This document shows, piece by piece, positions 9,655-18,900 of a stretch of 64,000 bases of DNA. A program made the position numbers and the translations under genes. The notes beneath the pieces were generated by a model. It ran no database searches and was not told the DNA's origin. It was given only the letters and a program-made list of their open reading frames with translations. Source of the DNA: an uncultured Acidobacteriota bacterium (lineage in GTDB: Bacteria; Acidobacteriota; Thermoanaerobaculia; UBA5066; DATFVB01); the NCBI GenBank assembly GCA_963714035.1, contig OY970224.1:2549831-2613830 (forward strand). Direction: 5' to 3'. Within the stretch, counting starts at the first letter, position 1. Each line of letters begins with the position of its first letter.

Positions 9655-9931
9655 TAGCAGGCTGCTGAAAAACCGCACGGGTCGCGTTCGGAGCGCCGCC
9701 GAGCCGGATGCGAGGCGACCGCGACGCAGGCGATGCCGGAGTATCGTCGAGGAGCGGCAACGAAGCAGACGGCCCGGCGCCGCCCGAACCCTTTGGGCGC
9801 CCGTACATTGTGAACGATCTCGGCGTTGCTCGTCGAGTCCGATCGCTTTGGCATCTGTCCTCTCCTCGCGCCTTGATTTCGTTCACAAGCCACTGGCGCG
9901 CGATCCGCGGGGTTTTTCAGCAGCCTGCTAG
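9655..9931. repeat. 277-bp element bounded by perfect 21-bp terminal inverted repeats (CTAGCAGGCTGCTGAAAAACC / GGTTTTTCAGCAGCCTGCTAG)
   Basis: Both arms were read directly. The interior shares a ~45-nt core with the loop of the 9093-9180 hairpin. MITE-like. Confidence 0.5.
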
Positions 9932-10584
9932 GACGTGGCGCTGGCGAGAAGCTTCTGAATTCGCGTCGTCGCGCAGGGACGGCAGTATTTGTATTGTCGG
10001 ATCGGCACGACGCGCCCGTACGCGCGGCAGGTGCGACAACGGCCCATTCCCGGCTCGCGGCGCAGTCTTCGGCCATGGGGGTCGGGGACCTCCTCGACCG
10101 TCATCAGGACCTTGAGACCGCGGTACCCGCCCGTCAGCTGAAGCACCTCGCCGAGGCAACGGAAGCAGACGCGAGCTCCCAGGCAGCGGAAGAGAGCGCT
10201 CGCCCGCGTGGAACAACGGCCGCAGAGGTGGGCGTCCCCGCCCGCTTCCCCGCGATCCGGCGAGGAGGCGACCCCGACCGGACGCGCGAAGGCCCTCGGA
10301 TGTTCCAGGAACGATTTCCAGTGGGGGCATTCGCGGCGATGAGCTTCGTCGATGAAATCGTTGGCGAGGCTCGTGCGCGCTTCGTTGACGGGATAGGACC
10401 CGAATTCGCGGCGCAACCCGAATCCGCATCGCTCGCAGAAGATCCCCCGGGAGCTCGGCCCATCGACTCCGGCGAGAACGCCGGTCGCCGACGCGACGTC
10501 GGCGACGCTTTCCCAGTCGCTGTCCGACCAGCTCTCGACGTTTTCGCGGAAGAGATCACCGTCCGAAATCGGGAGGCTTTTCAT
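9928..10584 (-). CDS. Cys-rich hypothetical protein (multiple CxxC pairs)
   Basis: GGGGGGGAAAGC RBS upstream of the ATG. 218 aa with CERCG, CGRC, CFRC, CRTC, CRPC motifs. Divergent from the zinc-ribbon repeat gene. Confidence 0.5.
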   Translation of the reverse strand: MKSLPISDGDLFRENVESWSDSDWESVADVASATGVLAGVDGPSSRGIFCERCGFGLRREFGSYPVNEARTSLANDFIDEAHRRECPHWKSFLEHPRAFARPVGVASSPDRGEAGGDAHLCGRCSTRASALFRCLGARVCFRCLGEVLQLTGGYRGLKVLMTVEEVPDPHGRRLRREPGMGRCRTCRAYGRVVPIRQYKYCRPCATTRIQKLLASATS

Positions 10585-10790
10585 GCTGCTTTCCCCCCCG
10601 CGCGCGGGTCTCCGACCCCCCCCGCCGCACGCGTCATCTTACCGTCGGAATCCGGGGGAGCGATGCGTGGCGAAAAGCAAAAATCGCGCCACAGGCCGGA
10701 CGCTCGAATTCGTTGATTCCCGACGGGAACGGCGGCCGAGCGGGTGGTAGGATTCAGGCAATCTCTGTTTTGGAAACGTGGAGGAGAGCC

Positions 10791-11177
10791 ATGAATACAT
10801 CCGGTAAGTGTCCGAACCCCCGCGGCTGCGACGGCGAGCTCTACGCCCGCGCGGACGCTTCGGGCGAGGAATGGTGTCCCAAGTGCGGCTACCTGCTTCG
10901 CGCCGGCCAGCCGGCGACCCCGGCCCGTCACTGTCCGAATCCCGCGGGCTGCAACGGAGAGCTGTACGCGCGTGCGGATTCCTCCGGAGAGGAATGGTGC
11001 CCGAAGTGCGGGTTCGAGCTGCGCGCCGGCGGGTCGGCGTCATCGCGCCGCCGATGCCCGAACCCGCGGGGCTGCGACGGCGAGCTCTACGCCCGCGCCG
11101 ATGCGACCGGCGAGGAGTGGTGCCCCACCTGCGGATACGTCTTCCGCGCCCCCGTGACTGTGCGGCGCCCCTTCTGA
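10791..11177 (+). CDS. Triple tandem zinc-ribbon repeat protein (3 x CPNPxGCxGELYARADxxGEEWCPxCG)
   Basis: GGAGGAGAG RBS then ATG. There are three ~123-bp tandem nucleotide repeats, each encoding a 4-Cys ribbon. Confidence 0.6.
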   Translation: MNTSGKCPNPRGCDGELYARADASGEEWCPKCGYLLRAGQPATPARHCPNPAGCNGELYARADSSGEEWCPKCGFELRAGGSASSRRRCPNPRGCDGELYARADATGEEWCPTCGYVFRAPVTVRRPF

Positions 11178-11204
11178 CGGCCGGCCTCGTTCATGGCGGC
11201 GATT

Positions 11205-11360
11205 CTCCGCCGCGTTTTCGGCGGCGTTCCCTCGCCGCGTTTTCGGCGGCGTTCCCTCGCCGCGTTCCTCGCGGCGTTCTTCCGCCGCGTTCCTCGCGGC
11301 GTTCTTCCGCCGCGTTCCTGGCGGCGTCTCCCCCGCCGCGTTCTTCCTCAGTGGCGGGGA
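11205..11360. repeat. Tandem array of ~25-bp units (GCCGCGTT[C/T]..CGGCGGCGTTC.., ~6 copies)
   Basis: Direct repeats are visible in the sequence between convergent genes. There are no unique spacers, so this is not CRISPR. Confidence 0.6.
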
Positions 11361-11560
11361 TGTCGAGGCGGGTCGTCCCGAAGATCCGCCTCCGCCGGCT
11401 TCCGGGTGCCGGCCGTCTTGCCGTCGGGCACGCGCGCTCCTTGCGAAGTCTCTCGATCGCGATCGGGGTGATCCGAATCGAACGTGTCGTGTTCCGCGCC
11501 GGTTTCTTCGTCGTCTCTCATGCACCCTCCACAGGCGTCCTGCAGCAGGCCGCGTGCCAC
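11348..11560 (-). CDS. Small acidic hypothetical ORF downstream of the biosynthetic operon (70 aa)
   Basis: GTG start preceded by GAAGGAG. Translation VARGLLQDACGGCMRDDEETGAEHDTFDSDHPDRD... It could be spurious. Confidence 0.2.
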   Translation of the reverse strand: MARGLLQDACGGCMRDDEETGAEHDTFDSDHPDRDRETSQGARVPDGKTAGTRKPAEADLRDDPPRHPRH

Positions 11561-11674
11561 CCGCCTTCGCTCCTTCGGAGCTACGGCGTGACTTGCCCGC
11601 TTTCCTCCTTTGCATGTTCGGCGTGACCCGTCCGCTTCGCGCGTTCGGCGCCACCGGGTAACGCGCCGCGAAGG

Positions 11675-13207
11675 CTAATCCGGCCCGAATCCGCTTCTGG
11701 CCAGAAGCGCGTCGATCTCGGTCGCAGAGGCGTCGAGCTTTTCCGCCGCCGCGCGGAGATCGTCCGCCACGACCGGATACCAGTTCCGACGGGAAGGATC
11801 GAGGAGTCCCGCCACGTTCCACGGCTCGATCTCGCGCCGCACGGACTCCGTCAATCCCGCCGCAGAAGCCTCGCGGGCTTCGGCGAGGGATCGCCCGATC
11901 GCCGAGCGGAGAAGCGGACGATCGGAGCCGAGGAACCCGGGAATCGCGTCGCGCCCGAGCCGGCAGGAGGCTTCCCCGAAACTCGCCGCGGCGAAGTAGA
12001 GCATCGTCGCCGCGCAGAACGCCGGGAAATCATCGAAGCGTTTCCAGAGCGCGGCGACGAGCTCCGCCGCCGTGTCCGCCTCGTCCAGCGTACGGTCCGC
12101 GAGGGCGGCGAGGCGCCGATCGAGGTCCTCGTCGTCCCCCGCTTGTTCGAGGGCTTCGCCGGCGCGCGCCACGCCGAGAAGCGTCAGGGGTATGCCCGTC
12201 GAGAGGAGCGGATCCACGAAGGCGGCGGCCGACGGGAGCATCCACCACCCCGGACCGGAAGCCGCGGCCGTCCGGAACGCGGGGTTCCCGGAAAAGCGAA
12301 ACGGCGAGAGGATCTCCGCCTGCCGGAACTGCCGCCGGATCGCCGGAAACATCGCGATCAGGCGGCGCCACGCCGGCTCGCCCTCCTCCGCCCGCACCTC
12401 GCGGGCGAGGTCGGGAGCGAGCATCGCTCCCGCGCTCACGGTCCCTTCCGAGAACCGGAGCACCCAGATCCACCCGCCCTCGAAGACGTGATGGAGCGCG
12501 GCGTCGTCGACCGGATAGGGAGACCGCTCGGAAAGTGGCGACGTCTCCGCCATCGTCGCGACGCTGCGAAAATGGGTGTAGAGCGCGGCCGTCCGCGGAA
12601 GGCCGCGGAAGTCGCTTTCCGGCAGACCGAGGGCCCGGTGGAGGAAACCCCGCGGCCCGGAGGCGTCGGCCACCCGTCGCGCGTCCACGGACACGCGCGC
12701 CGCGCCGCGCCGGCCGGACAGGCGAACGACCTTCCCGTCGCCGTCGAAGGCGTCGAGGGCGACGCGATCGACGTACTCGGCGCCCGCCGCACGCGCCCGT
12801 TCGAGGAAATGGAGATCGACGTCCGCGCGATACCAGTGCGTGTCGGCGACCCGGGCGTTCGGGCTCGCCGCGACGAGAAGGGGATTGCGCGGGTTGCCGT
12901 CGGCCGGCTCCGCTCCGCGGCGGTGATGGTAGAAGGTGAAGCCGCGCTTGATGCCGCCTTTCACGTTCGGGAAGGCGGCCTGCCAGGTTCCCCATTTCGC
13001 GAAAGGAAGGATTTCCGGGAGGTCGTAGCGAAGCGCGATCCGTTCGAGGAGGAGGTTCGCGAGCGGGGACGTCGACTCGCCGATCGCAAATCGCGGGTGG
13101 GCGTCCTTCTCGAGCAGGACGACGCTCCGGCCGAGACGCCGGGCGACGAGCGCGAGGAGCGAGCCGCCGAACCCCGAGCCGACGATCGCGAGGTCGAACC
13201 GCTTCAT
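11675..13207 (-). CDS. FAD-dependent oxidoreductase, flavin-dependent halogenase-like
   Basis: N-terminal GxGxxG (AIVGSGFGGS), AIGESTSP (cf. halogenase GVGEAT) and GGWIWVL (cf. WxWxIP). Start ATG overlaps the rSAM stop (ATGA). Confidence 0.6.
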   Translation of the reverse strand: MKRFDLAIVGSGFGGSLLALVARRLGRSVVLLEKDAHPRFAIGESTSPLANLLLERIALRYDLPEILPFAKWGTWQAAFPNVKGGIKRGFTFYHHRRGAEPADGNPRNPLLVAASPNARVADTHWYRADVDLHFLERARAAGAEYVDRVALDAFDGDGKVVRLSGRRGAARVSVDARRVADASGPRGFLHRALGLPESDFRGLPRTAALYTHFRSVATMAETSPLSERSPYPVDDAALHHVFEGGWIWVLRFSEGTVSAGAMLAPDLAREVRAEEGEPAWRRLIAMFPAIRRQFRQAEILSPFRFSGNPAFRTAAASGPGWWMLPSAAAFVDPLLSTGIPLTLLGVARAGEALEQAGDDEDLDRRLAALADRTLDEADTAAELVAALWKRFDDFPAFCAATMLYFAAASFGEASCRLGRDAIPGFLGSDRPLLRSAIGRSLAEAREASAAGLTESVRREIEPWNVAGLLDPSRRNWYPVVADDLRAAAEKLDASATEIDALLARSGFGPD

Positions 13208-14118
13208 GGCGGCGCGGCCGCGGAGGGCCGGCAGCGGCACGACACGGGCGAGAGCGCGCCGGTCGCGTTCAGGCGGGCGAGAGCGGCCGCGCGCTCCTCC
13301 CGGCAGGAATCGCAGCCGGGAAGCCGCGGGAGGGACCCGAGCTCCGCGAGGACGACGGCGCCTCCTTCGGCGGCGCAGGCGGCGACGACGTCGAAGTAGG
13401 CTCCGAGCTCGATCTCGGAGAAGTCGCCGGCCGCGCGGAGCCGCTCCATCGGCTCGTGCTCCGAAACGACGGGAAGGAGCGAAACGACCCGCGCTCCGGC
13501 GTCGCGCGCGAGCCGGAACGTCTCGAGCGCGAGGTCGAACGCGCGCGCCGGCGCGACGAACGGCGGCTGGACGAGGACGAAGGCCCGGAGCGAGATTCCG
13601 CTCCTGGCGAGCTCCCGCGCCGCCTTCCGGAACCGTTCGATCGACGTCGGCTTCCCGAGCCGGCGAAGCAGGGAGTCGTCCGCGACCTCGAGACCGATCG
13701 CGACTTCGAGCCCGCCCCGGAGGAGGGAACGGAACGCGGAAGCGCGCCCCGCCTGCTCCGAGCGCGATTCGACGACCACGAGCTCGAGGTCGGCGACCTC
13801 GGCGGCGATCGCGGCGAGATCCCCGGCGGTCTGGCGGATCGACCGCGGCTCGAAGAGCGACGACCCGTTGTACAGCTTGAGACCGGCGACGTCGCCGAGG
13901 CGCGCGCGGGCGGAGCGGATCTGGCGCGCGATCCCGACACCGTCGGCGGCGCCGGGCGACGCCTGCCGGTAGAGCGCGCAGTAGACGCAGGCGAGCGGGC
14001 ACGCGCCGTTTCGCAGGTAGGCCGTTCCGATCACCTGCGGCGTTCCGCCGGGAAAGATCTCGATCTCGCGCGCGATCGCGGCCGGGGGCTCGTCCGGCGC
14101 GCCCGCGCCGGGATTCAT
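13204..14118 (-). CDS. Radical SAM enzyme
   Basis: Start MNPGAGAP. CPLACVYC = CxxxCxxC radical-SAM motif near the N-terminus. C-terminal extra Cys residues (CDSC, CRCRP). ATGA overlap with the upstream asnB-like stop. Confidence 0.6.
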   Translation of the reverse strand: MNPGAGAPDEPPAAIAREIEIFPGGTPQVIGTAYLRNGACPLACVYCALYRQASPGAADGVGIARQIRSARARLGDVAGLKLYNGSSLFEPRSIRQTAGDLAAIAAEVADLELVVVESRSEQAGRASAFRSLLRGGLEVAIGLEVADDSLLRRLGKPTSIERFRKAARELARSGISLRAFVLVQPPFVAPARAFDLALETFRLARDAGARVVSLLPVVSEHEPMERLRAAGDFSEIELGAYFDVVAACAAEGGAVVLAELGSLPRLPGCDSCREERAAALARLNATGALSPVSCRCRPSAAAPP

Positions 14119-15503
14119 GCGAAGGCGGGGAAGGGGAGCGCTCCCGGCTCGCGGCGCTCCGGATCCTCCGCGGGAACCGGTCCGAATCGCTTCTCGTGGA
14201 TCGCGCGGAGCTCCGCGCGAGACGCGGCGAGCGCGCGGAAATGCTCCGGAGACACGGCGCCGTGCTGAAACCGACGTTTTTCCGCGATCGGCAGCCGCAC
14301 GCCCCGCGATTCGAGGCCCGCTTCGACGACCCGGCGCTTGAGCGCCGCGAGGCGTTCCGGATCTTCTCCGACGAGCTCGCGCAGAGGCGCGGCGAGCGCG
14401 GCCGCGATCGCCGGGCGCATCGCGTGCGGGGAGAGCGCCCGGAAGCCGAACGCGCGGGCCGGCGCGAACCCGCGGGTCACGCCGCGGGAGAACCCGCCCG
14501 AATACGTGAGCGAATGTTTGATCGATTCGATTCCCCACCCCTCGTGGTAGAGGAGCGGGTTGTTCAGAACGCTCTTGATCGTCAGCTCCGAGTCCCCCAG
14601 CGGATACGACTTCCAGTTCTCGTCTCCCCCGTCGCCATCGAAGAGCGCGACGAGGTCCGGCTCCGCCCGCCGGAGGTTCCGCGCGAACGCCATGGCCGCC
14701 GCCGCGCACTGCACGTCGAGCGGGCGGTAGTCCTCGATCGCCGCGACGGCCGCGGGGAGCGACAGGTCTTCCGGCGACGCTTCGACCGTCCGCCAGGAGT
14801 CCAGAGCGCCGAGCGCGCCGGCGACCTCCCGGGCGGAGCGCGCGTCCTCGGCGTCGCCGACGGCGAGCGTGAACAGGCGGACGCGCTCTCCGCGGCCGGC
14901 GGCCCGCGCGGCCGAAAGGACCGCCCACGCGGTGAGCGAGGAGTCCGTGCCCCCCGAGAGCGCGACGCCAATTTTCTCCTCGGCGGGGATCTCGCGAAGG
15001 ATCGCGGCCGCCGTCTCCTCGATCGCCGCGACGTAGCGCTCTCCCAGCGCCCGGGGATCCGCGGCGCCGCGCCCCGCCTCGGGCGCGAAGAAGCGCCGGT
15101 AACGCGGGTTCGGGTCCGGGCAGCCGATCTGGTCGAGCTCGACCATGTGATGGGCCGGCACCATGCGCGTGTACGAGGGATGGAACTGCTCGGAGATTTC
15201 CTGCTCGGCGCAGTACCGGCCGATCGCGTCGATCCGATCCGCCACGACGAGATAGGGCCCCGTCGAGCGCTTGGCGACGAAGTAGCGGAGGGGCCGCCCG
15301 ATCGTGCGCGCGAGACGGATCGTGACGCCCTCCTGCGCGACGGCGGCGAACGCGCCTCCGATTCCGGCGAGCGCCTCGACGTCGCCCACTCGCAGAGCGC
15401 CTGTCAGCTCCTCGCGCGTGCCGCCGATGAGGACGTCGGCGGAAGGATCGGAGAGGTCGACGAGTTTCGGTTCGGTGAGTCCGGGCGTGAACGGGAACGG
15501 CAT
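14115..15503 (-). CDS. Asparagine synthetase-like ATP pyrophosphatase (AsnB C-domain homologue lacking the glutaminase Cys; lasso-cyclase/beta-lactam-synthetase-like)
   Basis: SGGTDSS PP-loop motif. No N-terminal Cys2. 462 aa. Confidence 0.65.
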   Translation of the reverse strand: MPFPFTPGLTEPKLVDLSDPSADVLIGGTREELTGALRVGDVEALAGIGGAFAAVAQEGVTIRLARTIGRPLRYFVAKRSTGPYLVVADRIDAIGRYCAEQEISEQFHPSYTRMVPAHHMVELDQIGCPDPNPRYRRFFAPEAGRGAADPRALGERYVAAIEETAAAILREIPAEEKIGVALSGGTDSSLTAWAVLSAARAAGRGERVRLFTLAVGDAEDARSAREVAGALGALDSWRTVEASPEDLSLPAAVAAIEDYRPLDVQCAAAAMAFARNLRRAEPDLVALFDGDGGDENWKSYPLGDSELTIKSVLNNPLLYHEGWGIESIKHSLTYSGGFSRGVTRGFAPARAFGFRALSPHAMRPAIAAALAAPLRELVGEDPERLAALKRRVVEAGLESRGVRLPIAEKRRFQHGAVSPEHFRALAASRAELRAIHEKRFGPVPAEDPERREPGALPFPAFA

Positions 15504-15571
15504 GGGCGCCTCCGAGCGCAGATCCTACCGCGCCCTTCGCGGCGAGGTTGACCCGCCGGGGAGAACGGCGC

Positions 15572-15585
15572 GATCCTCGAGGATC
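15572..15585. promoter_or_regulatory. Perfect 14-bp palindrome GATCCTCGAGGATC in the 154-bp gap between the peptide gene and the asnB-like gene
   Basis: Read directly from the sequence. A possible operator or attenuator. Confidence 0.3.
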
Positions 15586-15657
15586 CCGAATGGGAAGCAC
15601 GATGAAGCGCGGCGAGGCGCGCCCGTAGTCGCTCGATGTATCGCCGCGTTTGCTACT

Positions 15658-15867
15658 TCAGGCGCGGCGCCGGGTGACCATGCATATATCCGGCGAGTCG
15701 TCTTCCTTCGTCCGACGGTGGAGGTATCGCGTGGAGTCGCCGCCGGGTCCCTGGGACTGCTTGAGCCCGTTGCGGCCGCAGGCCGGGCAGATCGCGATGA
15801 CGCCGCTGCGGTTGTCGACGGTTTCGCCGAACTCCAAACCGGTGTAATCGAATTCCTCGGAAGCCAC
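15658..15867 (-). CDS. Small peptide gene (69 aa), candidate precursor peptide of the downstream modification operon
   Basis: GGAGGTG RBS with 7-nt spacer to the GTG start. Translation MASEEFDYTGLEFGETVDNRSGVIAICPACGRNGLKQSQGPGGDSTRYLHRRTKEDDSPDICMVTRRRA. It is hidden inside a long antisense ORF of the PQQ-dehydrogenase gene. Confidence 0.45.
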   Translation of the reverse strand: MASEEFDYTGLEFGETVDNRSGVIAICPACGRNGLKQSQGPGGDSTRYLHRRTKEDDSPDICMVTRRRA

Positions 15868-15993
15868 GCTCGCACCTCCGGAACCGATGGGGGACCGAGA
15901 CGATGGCGGGATTGTAGCACCGTGCGGCATCGGCCTTGCACCCTCGGAGCCCACGTTCCGGTGTGGTCCGGAACGACCTCGGAGGGAGACACG

Positions 15994-18900
15994 GTGCTTT
16001 TCCGAAGCCGATACCGGATTCTCGCCGGCCTGGCGTTTTCGCTGGCCGCCGCTTTCCCGCGCCCCTTGGCCGCCCAGAGCGAGACGCTTCCGCCCGGCTT
16101 TCACGACTCGATCGTGATCAGCGGCCTCATTCGCCCGACGGTCGTCCGTTTTTCTCCGGACGGGCGGATCTTCGTGGCCGAGAAGAGCGGAATCGTGAAG
16201 GTGTTTCCGAGCCTCACCGCGACGACGCCGACGATCTTCGCGGACCTGACCACCAACGTGGACAACTACTGGGACCGCGGCTTGCTCGGGATGGCGCTCG
16301 ATCCGGCATTTCCCTCGAACCCCTACGTCTACGTTCTTTATGCGTACGACGCTCCGATCGGCGGAACGGCGCCGGTCTGGAACGACGGGTGTCCCACGCC
16401 GCCGGGACCCAACACCGACGGCTGCGTCATCAGCGGACGGCTCTCCCGGCTGACCGCGAACGGGAACGTGATGACGGGCGCGGAAAACGTCCTGATCAAC
16501 GCCTGGGGGCAGCAGTTCCCCAGCCACTCTCTCGGCGCGCTCCAGTTCGGCGCGGACGGCGCCCTGTACGCGAGCGACGGCGACGGCGCGAGCATGGGGA
16601 CCGTGGATTACGGCCAGTTCGGCGGGAACCCGCTCGGCGACCCTCCGGGCGGGGTCGGCGGAACGATGCAGCCCCCCTGGGCCGAGGGAGGAGCGCTTCG
16701 CGCCCAGAGCCTGCGCCGCCAACCGGGCGAGCCCGCGGTGTTGAACGGAACGGTCGTCCGGGTCGATCCCTCGACCGGCAACGGCCTTCCCGACAATCCG
16801 CTCGCGTCGAGCTCCGATCCGAACGCGCGCCGGATCGTCGCCGAGGGCCTCCGGCAGCCGTTCCGCTTCACGTTCCAACCGAACACGAACAAGCTCTGGA
16901 TCGGCGACGTGGGCAACGAGGTCTGGGAAGAGATCGACGTCGCGCCGAGCCCCACGAGCGAGGTCCGGAATTTCGGCTGGCCGTGCTACGAAGGTCCGGA
17001 CCAGGAGCCCGACTGGGTCAGCGCTCAGGTCAACATCTGCATGAACGATCTCTACAAGAATCCGTCGGTCGTGACGGCCCCTTTTCTCGGGTACCGCCAC
17101 AGCGACAGCGTGGTCTCCGGCGACGGCTGCGCGACGGGCGGCTCGTCGATCACCGGGATGGCGTTCTACAACGGCGGGAGCTACCCGTCCCAGTACGACG
17201 GAGCGCTCTTCTTCGCCGATCACACCCGGAACTGCGCCTGGGTGCTCTTCCCGGACGCGAGCGGCCAGCCGAACGCGTCGAACCGCGCCCTCTTCATCGG
17301 CGCCGCGTCCTATCCCGTGGACCTCGAGATCGGTCCCGGCGGCGATCTCTTCTACGTCGATCACGAAGGGGGAGCCATCCACCGCATCCAGTACATGACT
17401 CCCGCGGCCCTCGCGACGGCGACGCCGCAGTCCGGCGCGCCGCCGCTCTCGGTGCAGTTCGACGGCAGCGGGTCTCACGGAGCTTCCCCGGGCGACACGC
17501 TGACATACGCCTGGGACCTGACCGGCGACGGCCTCTTCAACGATTCGACCGCAGTATCGCCCGCGAAAACCTTTTCGGTCGCCGGGCAGTACACGGTGCG
17601 GCTGAAGGTCACCGACGAGCACGGCGTCTCGGGGGTGAGCGATCCGCTGACGGTGACCGTCTCGCAGGGCGCGCCGTCGCCCGTGATCGACGCGCCGGCG
17701 TCCTCGCTGACCTGGAAGGTCGGAGACCCGATCTCGTTCTCCGGACACGCGACCGATCCGCAGGACGGCGCGCTCCCGGCGTCGGCCCTGACGTGGACGC
17801 TCATCATGCATCACTGCCCGTCCAACTGTCACACGCACGAGATCCAGACGTTCGCCGGCGTTTCGAGCGGATCCTTTTCCGCGCCCGATCACGGCTACCC
17901 GTCGTTCCTGGAGCTCCAGCTGACCGCCACCGATTCACTCGGGCTCACCGGCACGACGAGCGTCCTCCTCCAACCGAAGACGGTGGTCCTGAAATTCGCC
18001 GCGTCCCCTTCCGGACTGCTCCTGGATGCGGGCAACGGGAAGATCGCGACGCCGTTCTCGGAGACGGTGATCGTCGGTTCGACGAACACGATCAGCGCGG
18101 CGTCCCCCGAGAGCCTGAACGGATCGGCCTACTGGTTCGACGGGTGGTCCGATAGCGGGGCGCAGACGCACTCGATCGTCGCGGGCGCGGGCTCCGTCAC
18201 GTACACCGCCACGTACATATCCCAGGGGGACGTCATGGCCCCTCAAAGCGCGATGGTGGAAGGAAGGTCGCCGTATCCGCCCTCGACGACCGAGCCCAAC
18301 GGCGTGGCCGAGTCGGGCGAGACGGTGCCCTTCGCTCCCTCCTGGAAGAACACCAGCGACGGCACGGTCGCCGGAACGACGGGCACGATCACGTCGTTCA
18401 CCGGGCCCGCCGGCGGAGGGGCGGCGTACACGGTGGTAGAGGGAAACGCCTCGTACGGGGACATCGCGGCGGGCGCGACGGCGTCGGCCACGGGATACCA
18501 GCTCAAGGTGACGGCGAACGCGCGGCCGGCCGACCACTGGGACGCCACGGTTTCCGAGGCGCTCGACACCTCGGAAGCGCACGACTGGACGCTGCACATC
18601 GGCAGGAGTTTCAGCGACGTGCCACCGGCGAACACCTTCTATTCGGACATCGAGACGATCCTGCACCACGGGGTGACCGTCGGCTACGGGAACCGCGTCT
18701 TCGGACCGCTGGATACCACGCCGCGGGACCAGATGAGCGCTTTCATTTCGCGGGCGCACACCGGCGGCGACCAGAACGTGCCGGTGTCGGGATCGGTGCC
18801 CGGGCTCGGGACGTACAACTGCAAGTCGGGCGGCCACAGCCTGTTTTCCGACGTCGCGCCGACCGCGGAATTCTGCAAGAACATCCACTGGATCGTGGCG

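Noticed and set aside
11205-11360. Possible CRISPR array (also 62825-62990)
   Set aside because: Units are head-to-tail tandem repeats with no interspersed unique spacers. There is no cas gene nearby.
13204-15600. Single 798-aa ORF spanning the rSAM region and upstream DNA; likewise 11675..14002 as one 775-aa protein
   Set aside because: Recognisable proteins start internally (MNPGAGAP.. at 14118; MKRFDLAIVG.. at 13207), with ATGA coupling to the upstream gene's stop. The N-terminal extensions overlap the neighbouring gene in another frame and are low complexity.
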